From: Jimgerdemannia flammicorona
Taxonomy: Eukaryota
Direction: 5' to 3'
DNA: 35,546 nucleotides
NCBI GenBank assembly: GCA_003990765.1
Contig: RBNJ01000248.1
Coordinates: 1-35,546, forward strand
Positions 1 to 13,543 of the stretch are shown here, piece after piece. The notes beneath the pieces are model-generated. The model was not told the origin of the DNA, searched no databases, and saw only the letters and a list, made by a program, of their open reading frames with translations. The translations under genes and the position numbers were made by a program. Each line of letters starts with the position of its first letter. Position 1 is the first letter of the stretch.

Positions 1-24
1 AAAAAAAAAAAAAAAAAAAAAAAA

Positions 25-2455
25 TAAGACAATTATACTTACAAAGTCTATATATACTTCTTTATAGCTATTTGAAAAATTCTAAAAATTCAAGACAACT
101 GTGAAAAATGAAACAAAATATAAGATATAGACTCTATACTCAGATAATAATAATAAATATATCAACAAAGTCTTTAGATATGTATTTTTTGAAGAAGTAT
201 AGTATTCAATACTCTATAACAGCTCTCTATATATTTGAACAGAATGTATAACAGAATACTTTAATCAAATGATAAAAGATGGCTTAAATGATGATAAATA
301 TAGCTGGCTTATTATATATCTTTTGGGTCAAAGTAATGAATATAGTAGTATATATCTGAAATTATTATATTTCTTAAGTTCTAAGTAAGAAATTTAATAA
401 TAATCAGCAATATAGAAATAATAGTAATCTTATCTCTAAAGAATTATAGAGATTCAAGCCTAATATCTCATACTTATAGATATTTAGAAATAAGACTTAT
501 GTTCTAGATAAAAGCAGTAATAGAGACAAATTCAAGTCCAAAGTAGATAAGTATATACTTCTTAGATATGATAGAGCAATATATAGATTATAGAATCTAC
601 AAAAATATTACATTATCATCTCTTGTAATATTTAATTTAAAGAAACCAAAGAGCAGAAAATTTATATAAAAATTTCTATTTCTATAAATCTAATAGTATT
701 ATCAATGATATTTATACCAACTTCAAAGATGAACAGAATAGCACCTATGCTAGTACCAGTATAATCTATATATACTAATGAGGCTATCAGAGCCAAGAAT
801 TATAGAAATTACAAATGAGGACAATGATGAGGATATCACTCTAAAAGAATAAGAAAAAGTGCAAATCTAGACTACAAAATAAAGTCAAAGTAGATTTAGG
901 AGATTATTGGGATCAGTCTAAGATATCTCATTATAATAGCAAATAACATTATATGAACTATATCTACAAGTGTACTTACATAAGTAGCAACAACTGATGA
1001 GCCAGCAAACTATAATGAAGTCATATATTTAAATGATAAGAAAGAGTAGAAAAAGGCTATAAATGAGAAATATAATTCACTCATCAAGAAAGACACATAA
1101 GATCTAGTCTCTCTTTTAGCAAATTGATAAGTAATAGAATTTTACTAGATATATAAAGTCAAATATAATAGTAATAACAATATAAAGTGATATAAGGCTT
1201 GATTTGTAGTAAAGAAGTATTCACAAGGATATGGTATAGATTATGATAAGACCTTCTCTGATATTTAAGCTTACTTTACTTAGAGTACTTTTTGTAATTA
1301 GAGCTAAATATAACTATGAAATTTACTAAATAAATTTAAAACAGTCTTCTTGAGTAATGATATAGATATAGAGCTATATATTTATTAACTACAGAGATAT
1401 AAACTATATAATAATGAGTAAAAGGAGCTCATATGCAAATTACATAAGAGTTTCTATGATATTAAATAAGCAATAAGGCCATGGAACTAAAAAATTAACT
1501 AATATCTCTTAGATAATAAATTTAAGTATTGTGATACTAATATATATATATATATCTAGTATACATTCTCAGAAATAACATATCTAGGAATTTGAATAGA
1601 TGATATCATTCTGGTTAGAATGATAAGTAAGATTAATAATATAAAGATGACACTATACTAGGAATTCAAGATAACAGATATGGGTAATATATTATATCTT
1701 CTTGGAATATCAATTATATGTAACAGGCATAAGCATACTATATATCTATTATAAGCCACATATATTCAGACTATACTCAAACAATTCAGCATAAGTAAAT
1801 ATAAATCTATCAGAATTTCTATGGAGATATCTGTGAAATTAAAGAAGTCTAACACTATATCTAAATTTAATAATATTTCCTATTAGTAAGCTGTGGAATC
1901 TCTCATATATCTTATACTTAAGATGAGGTCTAATGTATTATATATAGTCAAAAATGTAGCACAGTACTTATTCTGCTATAATAATTTATATTAGATAATA
2001 ATCAAGTATATTTTCTAGTATATTAAAGATATGATATACTATATGCTCAGTTTGAATAATGATAAGAAACAAAATAAGAGTACTATAAGATTATCTGGTA
2101 TATGTGATACTAATTGAATTGACAATCTGGATGACAGATAGTCTATGACTAGATATCTCTTTAAAATTAGCAAAAATGAGATCATTTTATAGTAAATACA
2201 TAAGTAATCTTCAGTAGTAATATCATCTATATAAGTAGAGTACCAAGCATTTTCTATAGTAATAAAGAAAGCTATAGCTTTGGGAACTGCTAAAGGAGTT
2301 AGAATATAATTAATAGTACTCTATACTACTTTAATAAGATAATTAATCTACAATTACTATAACAAAGAACCCTATATATTATATAAGAACTAAATATATT
2401 GATATATAACATTATTTTATATTAAAGTATATGGAAAACAGTATTATATATATAT
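25..2455 (+). mobile_element. Degenerate Ty1/Copia pol remnant (integrase C-terminus, RT, RNase H)
   Basis: Stop-riddled + strand translation keeps Copia motifs in IN-RT-RH order: EP.NY.E (~1000), YKA*FV.K.YSQGYGIDYDKTFS (~1190-1260), LGI*IDDII (=WVDD, 1593-1604), CD.N*..NLDDR*S.T.Y (~2100-2160), RTKYIDI (~2385-2410). Ends approximate. Confidence 0.85.
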
Positions 2456-2469
2456 CTAGAATACACTCT

Positions 2470-3400
2470 AAGGTCCTTCTTACTTAGGCTTCAGTTTTCA
2501 TAACTATGAAGTTTCTACTATATTCCAATATACTAGGACTTTATCTCCTATCTTAATAATCTTTAGAGACTTGTGAATCTTTTTTACATTATTTTGCTAT
2601 AGTACCTGTATCTTGGTTATATAATTCTTGATCTTCTTTCTAATTTAGTATAATCTCCATATTTCTGTATCTATATATTTCTATATAGTATCTCTATTAG
2701 ATAATAAGGTTTTTTATAAACTTTCTTCTCCAAATAGTATCTTTTGAGAGGTAAAATATGTACTTTGTGATCAGATATCCCAAAGAGTAGATAATATCAT
2801 TAGCAGATAGTGATCCTAGTTTTATAGTTATTGTAGATCTTGGTAATAATGTTCTTGAGAATCTTATTAGTCCTTTCTGCTTGTCTATTTCTCTGAGAAT
2901 GATAGACTATAGTCTAAATATACTGAGTCTTATACTTCTTATAGAGAACTTCAAAGAACTGATTTATAAATTCTATTCCTCTGTCTGTAGTTACTTGTAC
3001 TGGAGTCTTAAATCAGCAAATAATTTCTTTGTGGAAGAAATCAGCAATTGACTATATTAGTTTCTTTGAGAGGTCCTGCCTCTATCCATTTTGTGAAAAG
3101 GTCTATAATGATGATAATATATTGGTTGCTAATCAGAGTCAAGGATAGAGGGCCAATTATATTTATTGCAATGTGTGTAAAGAGTACTAGTTCTATATGT
3201 ACTTATCTGGAGTTTTGATTTCATTGGTCTTATTTCTATTTCTGGCATTTGTCACAGGTCTTAACAAATCATCTGATATCTTTTTCAATTCCTAGTCACT
3301 ATATTGTTCTTCTTGCTTTTTTGTAAGTATTTATTTCTCCTATATATCTAAGTTTATATACTGATTTCATTGTTTGCTCCTTCTTATATTTGGATACATA
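2470..3400 (-). mobile_element. Degenerate Ty3/Gypsy integrase remnant, related to the element at 21.7-30.9 kb
   Basis: Minus strand reads NQYIIIIIDLFTKWIEAGPLKE (~3065-3130) and KLKPK*EGP (~2472-2500), parallel to IVDLFTKWIEVG and KLEPKWEGPF of the larger element. Confidence 0.8.
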
Positions 3401-5340
3401 TGACTAGTAGCTCTGTCATATGCCTTCTTCTGGTCCAGAAATACTAGCTGACTATCTACCCCTACAGTATGTACTCCTTCAATGATATTATATATCTATA
3501 CTATTCTGTTTCTTATCAAATAGCCTCCTATAAAGCCCCTCTGCTCTGCCCCCAGCACCTACTGAGCTACTCCTTACAGTCTAGCCACTAATATCTTTAT
3601 AACCAGCTTATAATTCATATCTAGAAGTATGATTAACCTCCAGTTCTTCTACTCCTCTCTTCTCTCCTTATTCTTATATAATAGAGCTATAGAACCCAGA
3701 TATTACCTCTCAATCCAAGTCTCTAAGTCAATAACTTCATCACATATCCATGTTATCTCCTTTAAAGTTAACTCAATATCTGCCATCCTCTTTCAGAAAT
3801 CTCAAGATAGACCATCCTCCCCAGAGATCATCTCAAGACTTATTATTATCAATACTCTACAAATCTTCTCTTCTCAGACAGGTACTCTAAGTTCACCTAA
3901 GCCCTCTGCTAGGTCTGGGTGCCAATCCTCCAGATGCTGTTCAATGTTCAGTACATCCTCTCCATCTTCCTCCTCACTCTATAATTGCTCTCACTATGAA
4001 CTCAACTGGTCCAAGATCTCTGAAGTTCTAACTACTATCTCTTTTTTCTCATTCAATACTTCTTCTCACTATTTCCTCACCCTCCTTATCTGAAGAAGTC
4101 TTGACAGAAACTTTATAGGTCTCTCCTCTTCTTCCAAGTTCTACTATCATAGCCAGGCTATTATACTCTTTACCTATAAGTCTTATTCCTATCTCAGTAG
4201 CCTCTTCAGCTCCTCTATCTCAAGTCAGACCTACTGAACTCTCTAATCTCCCTCCTCTCCATCATTCAGCAAATCAGTCTATGTCATCAATAACTTCTCT
4301 AACCTTCAGAAGGCCCACCTTAAATAACTCCTCTTTTAAGCATCCCTCACTCTCTCTGTCTTTTCTCAGAACTATTGAGTATCTAATTTCAAATACCACT
4401 ATTAATTCTCAATCTCCAGCCTCTTTATCCTCTAGCTAAGAATCTTGAAGCTAATGTTCACTATCTATACATTCTATAAGGAGGGCTCCCTCAGTAATGA
4501 GGTATTCAGACACTAATATCTAGGCTCCTCTCCACTTCTCCTAAACCTCTCACAATATAGTAGACCCAATTATCTAATTATGGGTACTAAACCATCTCCA
4601 AATATCTCCAGACATCTTCTTTCCAGCACTTAATAGTCAAGATCCAGTTAATCCTTAAGCCCAATCCTGCCATTCAGTGGGTATAGACTCTATACCACCT
4701 CCTTCTTCACTATAGATATATTTACTACTACTAGCTGCACTACTTGGAGGTCTCAGTATAAGTACTGAGCCATAGGAATCACTACCCTTCTTTTTCCAAT
4801 GTCTTAACATCAGATCCTTCTTCTCAAAACCTATCTCTATCTCTTTCAGATCCTTCAAGAACTTCACTGAGACTACTTCTTTCACTTTCTGGACCAGAAG
4901 CCCTAGAACTATTTTTGCTATAACTATTAAGCCCTAGAAGCACAACATAATGATGAATTCAGATACTGATTTCTTGAGTAATAGTACTATTACCAGACTT
5001 ATTAAGATCTCCAGGCCTTATATCTCCCCCTGCTCAACTCTATCATCAGCTATTATATCTGTATTTTTTTCAAATTAGTAGTTTCTTCTCCATTAGTAGT
5101 CTTCCTCTCCTCCCTAGCCACTACTCTTCTAGCCCCATCAATACTACTATCTAGGACTACTCCCCCAGACCTAGTTTTCTCTTCCTTCTCCTTGTCTCTT
5201 TGTGGCCAACTCTCTAGACTTATTAACAGATACTTTATCTTGATCTTGTTAGCAAATCTCACCTTCCCCATCTCTCATCTACTAGTACTGCTGTTCTTCC
5301 CTTAATATTCACTAGAAAGAGAGTCTAACAGACTCTCCTC
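3400..5340 (-). mobile_element. Truncated degenerate non-LTR retrotransposon (L1/Tx1-like ORF2: endonuclease end and RT N-terminus)
   Basis: Minus strand: GEEPRY*CLNTSLLREP (~4485-4530, the W.LN.SLL motif), ISGEDGLS*DF*K (~3790-3830), LLYKNK...KNWRLIILLDMNYKL..KILVARL and EQRGFIGG (~3525-3685). These are diagnostic LINE RT N-terminal motifs. Ends approximate. Confidence 0.8.
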
Positions 5341-5344
5341 TAAG

Positions 5345-7350
5345 TTATGATTTTGTCTAACATACTGTCACTAGGACTGTTCTGCCTAGCATACATCTCA
5401 GAATAATTATTGGTCTCTATATTACTATTATCTTTTCTCTAAAAGTTATACTAAAAGTATTATCAGAAGTTTATATAACCTGAGTAGTTCTGAAGAGTTA
5501 TTATTCTATACTAATTTTCATCTTCTTTTGAGTAATTACTATATAAGTTTTTTCTTTTTATTTACTGATCTTTTTCTTTATCTTAGAAAGTATCTTTTTT
5601 TAATATATATGTATTAATTAGAATTTATATCTTCTATCTATAATAAATAATCTATATCTTCTGAATATTTATATTAATTATTACTCTAACATTATAAAAC
5701 TATTGATTGCTAATAAGAATATTATAGTTAGTTATATTAGTTATTATTATATTTACTAAAAGAGTTATTTCTCTAAACTTAATAAAAATATCTTAAATCT
5801 TCTCTAAAAAGATAGCTCTTATACAATCTATTGTAATAAATACTAGTTTTATAATATCTTCAATTTTTCAATCTAAGTAGTCTACTATGTATCTTCTTAC
5901 TAAGAAAATATTCTCTTACTCTTGTATCAATAATAATCTCAAAGACACTATTTTTAATTTAGTAGATTTTATAGATAGAGGTCTTGTAATTATCTTTACT
6001 TTCTTTACTAGAGTCTTTTTGGACATTGTTAGTCTCTACTATTTTTCAATCTTAGTACTTAACTATCTCAGCTAGTTTAAGTTTCATTTGTTATCTGAAG
6101 GTAAAAATTTTTATCAATAATATCTAAAAGTTATATTGACTTTTTTCTATATTTAAAGATCTTGCTTTTGTATAGCATTTTTTTCTTTACTTCTTTACTG
6201 ACAGAGGTAGTATTTTAAATGATACCTTCAACTACTTATTTAAGCTTCATATCTTTATCAACTTCTTCTAGTCTGGTTTTACTCTTTATAACTATTTCTG
6301 ATTATCTATCTATAAGTTTCTCAGTTGAGATCTTCTTGGATCTTTCTAATGATCTTCTATAAGACTCTCTATATATACTTCTTCTAAATATCTTAACAGA
6401 ATGGATTTTTCATTTCTGCTCTTTATCTGATTCTCCAATTTTCTCAAAGGTAATAATATTGGTCTGTTTATAATTTTTAATAATATTTCTTAGCTAGACT
6501 TTATACTTAGTTTCACTTATACTTTTATAGAAATAGTAACCTTCTTCTCTATTAGGGATCTCAGATAGCTGACCATATGGTCAATGGCTAACTAGAGTGA
6601 TTCAGTCTTAAAATTTATGAATTGGCTAGTTGATCAAGTAGCTAGGTCTTATTTGGCTGTTTTGATTTCCAAATTTTCCAAATTAAGTAAAAGGTTCATA
6701 AATGCCACTTAACCAGTTGACTATAAATTTAAGATAGAGACAGAGTGGCTTAGTCTTAAATTTATAAATTGGCTAGCTGGCTAGACTAAATTTAAGATCA
6801 GTTAACTATAAATTTAAGACTGAGTCACCCTAGCTAGCTATTGGCTATATAGCCAGCTATCTGGGATCTCTATTCTCTATAGATATAGCAGATACTTCTC
6901 TTTTTATCTAAAATAGTAGCAAACTTCTGAACTAAGTGATAATTTTCTTAGATCTCTTTTACTATATCTTTTAAGTAAGCAGTTATTTTGGTGAACTTCT
7001 TGGTAAGTTTTTCTATAAGATCATTGTTCTTTTACTACTCTATAACCTTTAGCTGAGATATATTTTAATTGATAAAAGTTGTAGAAATTATACTAATAAT
7101 CTTGAGTACTTTGATTCTGACTCCTATAACTCTCTCTATTGTATAGTCTTAAGAGTGTCTAGCTATTCAGTATTGCTGAACATAGGTCATCTTTTATAGC
7201 AGATCAAAGATCATAGATAAGAATCAAATAGTAAGAACTATCTTTAGATGAATTTTTTTCATAAAGATTACTTCAGCTACTTGATCTCAGATGGTGTCTG
7301 CATAGTTAGTAAGAATTATCTGGTAGTGGATTTAGATATAGAAGGTGTTT
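5345..7350 (-). mobile_element. Degenerate Ty3/Gypsy gag-protease remnant, probably the 5' part of the integrase remnant at 2470-3400
   Basis: Minus strand ~5615-5820 reads ITNYNILISNQ*FYNVRVIININIQKI, matching TTNYDILIGNQWLHKTKAIIDLNAQKI in the protease of the large Gypsy. The rest is AT-rich and CpG-free. Confidence 0.6.
6553..6872. mobile_element. 320-bp non-autonomous hAT-type MITE
   Basis: ~60-bp imperfect TIRs (TAGGGATCTCAGATAGCTG... / ...CAGCTATCTGGGATCTCTA) and a perfect 8-bp TSD TTCTCTAT at 6545-6552 and 6873-6880. An 8-bp TSD with TAG termini is typical of hAT. Confidence 0.9.
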
Positions 7351-7685
7351 GAGTCCTCACTCATTTCTTAGCAGATTGTATTGAGTTGAATTCAGCCCCT
7401 TCAGATACCTTCTGCACTTATGTATCAGGGTATTTTGAACTGCATAAAATATATGAGAATTCCGATTTCTTTGCTGGATCGAATGTACAGTGTGGGTTAC
7501 AATGAAAACTTGGACATATTGAACTTCTACATCTGATGATGAAACAGTGTTAACATTCAATCAACAGCACTATGTAAGGTAAATATAAAGAATGTAACAG
7601 ATATTAATGACTACAGATCTTGGTACAAAACAATGACGGTATTCATATCGATAAGTAATGGCCTATCCATCCGTGATTTCATCAT

Positions 7686-9180
7686 TCAATCTCGGCGATC
7701 TTTTATCCGATACTTGCATCCTCCATTTAAAGTCACAGCAGGGTACACCTTGTCGGGGAGATTGCTCCAGGCAGTCCCGTAATTAATTCCATTGATCGAA
7801 AGGGCACAGGTATGGTTATTTAGGTTTAAATGCAAGGTTATGACATCGCCATTTTCAACACGTTTACCATAATCGAGCCATTTTTCTCCATCAAACGTAC
7901 GGCCATTGTTGCCGTAGGATTGGAAAGTCCATGCATATGGTCGGGATGGCATGCAAATATCATAGTTCGCGAATTCCTCTCCAACGAGCCCAATCTCACA
8001 GATGCCGGAGCTGGCATACCACCCAATTGATTCAACGACAATGTCCCATTCGCATACACCATTGTGAACCTTCGACCCGGGGACAGAAAGCCGTGCTGTT
8101 TGTGCCGAACCACCCGACGGAAGCACCACAGCCTTGCCATCTTCCGAAACGACGACTCGAGAACCGATATTCGATCGATCCCACTGGAGATTGACATTGG
8201 GATGTGCCTCTCTGCGACTTACAGATGGATGACCCATAGGGCATACAGTGTTCTTGCAGGCGTGATGGCAGAACGCCATGTAGTGTGGGGAAGTCTCAGC
8301 AAACGTGTCAACTGCCTCCGCGAGGGTTTTGAGTCGATGCGGGCAAACGAGCGTGAGGTCAAAGTGGCTCATCATTTTGAGTAGCAATGCGCGTGGCGCA
8401 CCATCTCCTAGCTGGACAGCACCATCGCACCCCGCGACCATATTGTTGATATTATGCAAAATAGCATGGCGCTCCGAAGCCGACGGTGCATTGTCGTTGC
8501 GTCCCCAGACCCAGTCGACGACACACAGCAACAGGTCGTGTTCGGGCGTGGAAAGGGTGGCTGCCTCAGTGAGGAGCAACTCAAGGGCCTCTTCGGAGAG
8601 ATCGGTCAGCTCGCCGATGTCGAGTTTGTGAGCGCGAAAGGGGTTGATAAGCACATCGTAGAGATCTTGGTTAGCTTCGCTCCACGGAATAGCGACGACA
8701 GCTTCGTTGAGAAGCGATGAGACGACACCAAAATCAGCGAGATCGTGCGCGCGCTCCAGTACCATCTTCATGAGCTTGGGTAGGAGGAGAAAGCTTGCTG
8801 CCCGGTATATTCCTACCGCGATGGAAATGTTGACAGCGTTGTCAATTTTTTCGGTGTGAATAAAGCCGAGGACAATGTTGAGCACCGTGGAGTTGATATC
8901 GTTGAGTACAACACGATGAGAGGAACCCTCTCGCATGTTTCGCTTTGAAGACTGGGCATCTTTTATAGACCATATGAAATCAGTGTGGAAATAGTGTGTA
9001 AAAAACGAAGAACACAACCAAACTGTATATCCGGACAAACCTTGAAGCCAATACGGCACGGCACGCGCCTAGCTCGACGCCGTCAGCGCAGACGATGATC
9101 AGATCGTGGTAGGTTGGGTCCTTCCAGATGGAAGCGATATCGTCCCTGAGACTAAGGCCGTTGTCGGATTGCTCGACCAT
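7686..9180 (-). CDS. BTB/POZ-(BACK-like)-SPRY/B30.2 domain protein; exon 1 9180-9041, intron 9040-8960, exon 2 8959-7686; apparent 11-bp frameshift at 8941/8942
   Basis: BTB start DPTYHDLIIVCADGVELGACRAVLASR|CPVFK, then MREG...VVLNDIN...LGFIHT. SPRY C-terminus GVCEWDIVV...IGLV...YG..VENGDVITLHLNLNNHTCALSING.NYG.AW.NLPDKVYPAV. The GT..AG intron sits at the same place in the paralog. Spliced length is 1414 nt (not a multiple of 3), or 1425 nt with the paralog's 11 nt restored. Confidence 0.75.
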
Positions 9181-10761
9181 GTTAATAAAAGCGAGAGAAA
9201 TGAAGAGTTTTGTTTTAGATATTGAGGTGTGATTTCGGCTGGAGAAAGAACCCCTCTGTTGGTAATTATATCAAAATCGTTGACAAGGTTGGTGCTTGTA
9301 AGGCACGAGTTTTAAAATTGACGCGACCAAATCGAGTTTTGTGGAACGATGAGGTCTCCAGCGTGAGCACACAAGCTGAAACAGTTCTACGAAAGCTGCG
9401 TGTAGGCTTATGCACAGGCTTACGCGGGCTTACGCGGCGCGTTTACATAGGAGCAGTGTTAGAGTTGATAATAAACTCAGCCTTTGAAGAATTGGAACTA
9501 TAGGAATTCGCGCATTCAGGCAAGCAACGAGTTATCCTAGGAGTCCGCATATTCATAGGTCGCTAATTTCAGGCTCGACAGGTTGCATTACGACGAAATT
9601 CCTTAGTAAATACGTGGTGCTCGATCGGCCTTTATTTGAGGCGAAGTTTATTAAAAAGTACCATATGGCCTCTATCTCATTTGTTAGCGACAAATTTCTG
9701 GTGGAACGTCACAGTGCTGTGGACAAAATTAGCTAAATATTAAACACACATCCGATGCCTTTCGTCTGTAGCACATAAAAATGTGGAGCATCCAACTAAC
9801 GCATATTGCGATGCCACGTCTCGGTCATAAGCACTGATGTACACTTTTTGCATAGGCAGTTCAAGAGATATAAAATATATAAGCGCTTCGCTTGATTCTG
9901 AAGATCAGTCCGATGAAAATGTTTATAATTTATAACAAGGTGTCATTTCGCGCTAGAAGGTGTTGGCTGATTGGAAGTATATACGCTGGAGGACCGCGAT
10001 TCGCGAAGGGGAGGCGCATGTCTCATTTTTCCACCCATATATAGACGGAGCAACGAAGTTCATTAGCCTCCACCCGTTTACTCACAGATAGACATCCCAA
10101 CCTTATTAACAAAGTGTAACCCTCCAATTCACGACCTAGAGTCTTCGCACAGCCATCCCACCCTTCCCAGCTTATTTATTTTATTTTGAATAAACGGAGT
10201 GAGCGAGACTGGGTGAGTGAGACTGGAGAAACCGAGTGACCGGGTGAGCGAGACCAGGAAGACCGAGTGATTGTGCTTTTGGTGTCTTTGCCGAATTGAC
10301 CTTCGTTCATAACTGTGATTTTACTTTTTGTTTTTATTGAAAAGTTGGTCTCTAGTGCCACAAACAAACCCGAGAATTATGAGGGATGTCGTATTGTACT
10401 GAAAATTTTATACTGAGGTTCTAGAGCATCCAATCGTCAACTCTATGCAGTAAAATATATCTAATACAGAATTTCAACCATTCCAATGTTTATTGGGGAT
10501 TCTATTCTCGGTTAAGCATAGACCGCCTTCAGCGCTTATGTGTGTAGAGAATATGGTGATTCTGGATCGAATATAGTCTAGCACAGTTACAATGCAGCTC
10601 AGGACTCTAATATTAGACTTCTAAGTCTGATGATGGTCGCTTTGTCAATAGCACTACTTAAGGTGATTATAAGGATATGGCAGACATAAATTATTATACA
10701 AACGATAACAGTATTCATATTGCTAAGCTAAGAGCTGATGGACCATCCATGACTTCATCAT

Positions 10762-12072
10762 TCAGGCTCGACGATCTTGTATCCGATGCTTGCATCCTTC
10801 ACGTAAGGTCACGGCAGGGTACACTTTGTCGGATAGATGGTTCCGGGCTGTCCCGTAATTGATTCCACGGATCGAAAGGGCACATGTATAGTTATTTAGG
10901 TTTAAATGCATGGTTATAACATCGGCATTTTTTAATACTTTTGCCGTATTTGAATTGTCCTCTTCTATAATACGTATATTGGTTGTCGTTGTAGGATTGG
11001 AATGTCCATGTATGAGGCCGCTTTGTCATGTAACTATCAAAATATGTGAATTACTAACAATCGTACATATGCCGGTGTTGTCATACGATCCAATGGATTC
11101 AACGACAATGTTCCATTCGCATAGACCGTTGTGACCTTCGTCCCGGGGTCGAAAAGCCGTGCTGTCCGTGATGAAACCCCGGATAGAATTTCCACAACCT
11201 GGCCATCTTCCGATACGATCGATCCCACTGGAAATTGACTTTGTGCGCGCCTCTACACGGCTTGCGGACGGATGACCCGTAGGGCATACGGTATTCTTGC
11301 AGGCGTAATGGCAAAACACTATGTAGTGTGGAGAAGTCTCCACAAACGTGTCAACTGCCTCCGTGAGGGTCTTGAGTCGATGCGGGCAAATGAGCGTGAG
11401 GTCAAAGTGGCGCGTGACGCACCATCTCCTAGCCGGACCGTGCCCTCGCACCCCGCAACCATATCTGCAGAACAGCATGACGCTCCGAAGTCGACGGTGC
11501 ATTCTTGTTGCGTTCCCAGACCCAGTCGGCGACGCACAGCAATAGGTCGTGCTCGGGCGTGGCAAAGATTGATGCCTCGGTGAGGAGCAGCTCGAGGACT
11601 TCCTCGGATAGGTCGGCCAGCTCGCCGATGGCGAATAGTACGTCGTAGCGGTCTTCATTGGTTTCGCTCCATGGAATAGTGACGACGGCTTCGCTGAGAA
11701 GCGAAGAGGCGGTACCAAAATCAGCGAGGTTGTGCATCATCTTTATGAGCTTTGGGAAGGAGGAAAAAATTTGATGTGCGGTATATATCCACCGCAACGA
11801 AAATATTAATGTTACCGATGTTTCGGTGTGAATGAATCTGGGTACAATGAGATGGGAGAAATCCTATGTTTCCATACAGCATTACCTTGAAGACTGAGCA
11901 TCTTTTAAGAGATCATACGAAATTAGGTATCATAAAAAGCGAAGGACATCACTAAACTGTATAAGAGAATCGAAATCGGACAAACCTTAAAGCCAGTGCA
12001 GCACGGCACGGCGCAGGCGATGGTCACATCGTGATAGGATGTCGTCAAACAGCTGTCAGATTGCTCGACCAT
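10762..12072 (-). pseudogene. Decayed tandem paralog of the BTB-SPRY gene
   Basis: Collinear similarity to 7686-9180 (e.g. PEHDLLLCVADWVW, HFDLTLICPHRLKTL, GLCEWNIVVESIG) split over several frames with multiple deletions. Same ATG context, same intron (11985-11902), and shared upstream (~12085-12160 vs ~9230-9297) and downstream flanks. Confidence 0.9.
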
Positions 12073-12652
12073 GTTCTGTTTGGGATGATTTCGACTGTGG
12101 AAAGAATCCCTCTGTTTTGTATATCTGAATCATGGCGCAGCATTGACAAGGTTGGTGCTGTCAAAGTATAGGATTGAAAATAGGAATTCAGATCGATGCA
12201 TTTTGTTACAGCTTTGCACGTCACTTACGTGCTCTGGGAAGACTGGCGTGTCGACTCACTCAACTCCGCTGTGAAAGGGTCTCGTTATATTTTTTTTATA
12301 TTTTTTGCAATCATGAACGACAGCAGCTCCGAAAGCTCGGTAAGCATGGCGAAATAAAAGGAAGCCAACCTCGCTCTCTCCAATAGTATCATCTATAGTC
12401 ACACAAATTTCCACCCAACACGCAAGTACTCCACATTGCATCTTTATTGTCATCGCAAAAAAGCATCTTGGCCGTGCTCACCCGAGCTAAATCCGTCAAC
12501 AAGACTACCGAAACGACGTTACATGTCTTCCTGTAGAGCATGGCCACCAAAATCGCAAACTTCAGCGACACCGCTGGCTTCCAGGGCCAGCCCTATTCCG
12601 TCGAAGCCTGGGCTCAGTGTAATGAGTTTTATTGAATAGTGAAATGTTATCC

Positions 12653-12691
<39 letters not shown>

Positions 12692-13543
12692 CCCCTTTTG
12701 CTCGTAGACCATCGACGGCGAGAACCAGAACTACAGAGTCTGTAAGTACTTCGTTGCCAATAACCTAACTGTGGAAATTTCGTATATATACGTTTACAGT
12801 TTTATACTAAATATGGTCTTTGAGATCGCACTGTAATTTGCTTTATATAGTCGTGCACCTAAACTTTGGAACCGGTGGAATTACACCAATCTCCGTGTAT
12901 TCTTGTGCGCCCATCAACTAAACAAATGGCCACTATCAAGATGGCTATCTCAAGCAGCCCATACCTCATAATTCACCTTTTCTGTATACATAGTCTATTT
13001 TATAAGTGTATACCACCTACATTTCCGTGTACATATTGAACTTTGATGGGTTTTCTGCGAGAGATTTATTGCTGGAGCAAAAAACAGCGTGTCATGCATG
13101 AGTGTAATCAACTCGCTCACCTTTTCAATATCTTGCGCAATCGGTTGAAAAAACCAAAGTATATTAAAAGGGGGGAAATGGTGCCACATGACACTTCGGC
13201 ATGATCCAAATTGGGCAAGAGGTCGTGGAAGTGATAGCCCATGTGGCTGAAGTCCTTTCAGTAGGTATTTATCAAGCATCGGCCTGTGCAACGAGATAGA
13301 AGAGGCTACACATCTGGGTCTTGATGGATGGCAACGTCACCAGGTGTAAGACGGATGGCTTGCGCAGTTGATCTACGGTCTCGCGAAACAGGGCTCTACT
13401 AGTACCAAACACAAAACTGAATGCAATGGGCGTTAGCTACGATGTAATAACTGGGTAGGTTTGTGCGCAATTTAACTAGCAATTTATCTTTCTATATCAA
13501 TTCGTATAAATATTTCGTTCTCGTTCAAAATAGATTGGACTTA

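Noticed and set aside
3629..4093. 154-aa + strand ORF
   Set aside because: Antisense shadow of the LINE RT remnant on the minus strand.
10197..10270. Short degenerate GTGAGCGAGAC/CCGAGTGA repeats downstream of a TATA-like sequence
   Set aside because: Only 2-3 imperfect units and no associated gene or termini to support a call.
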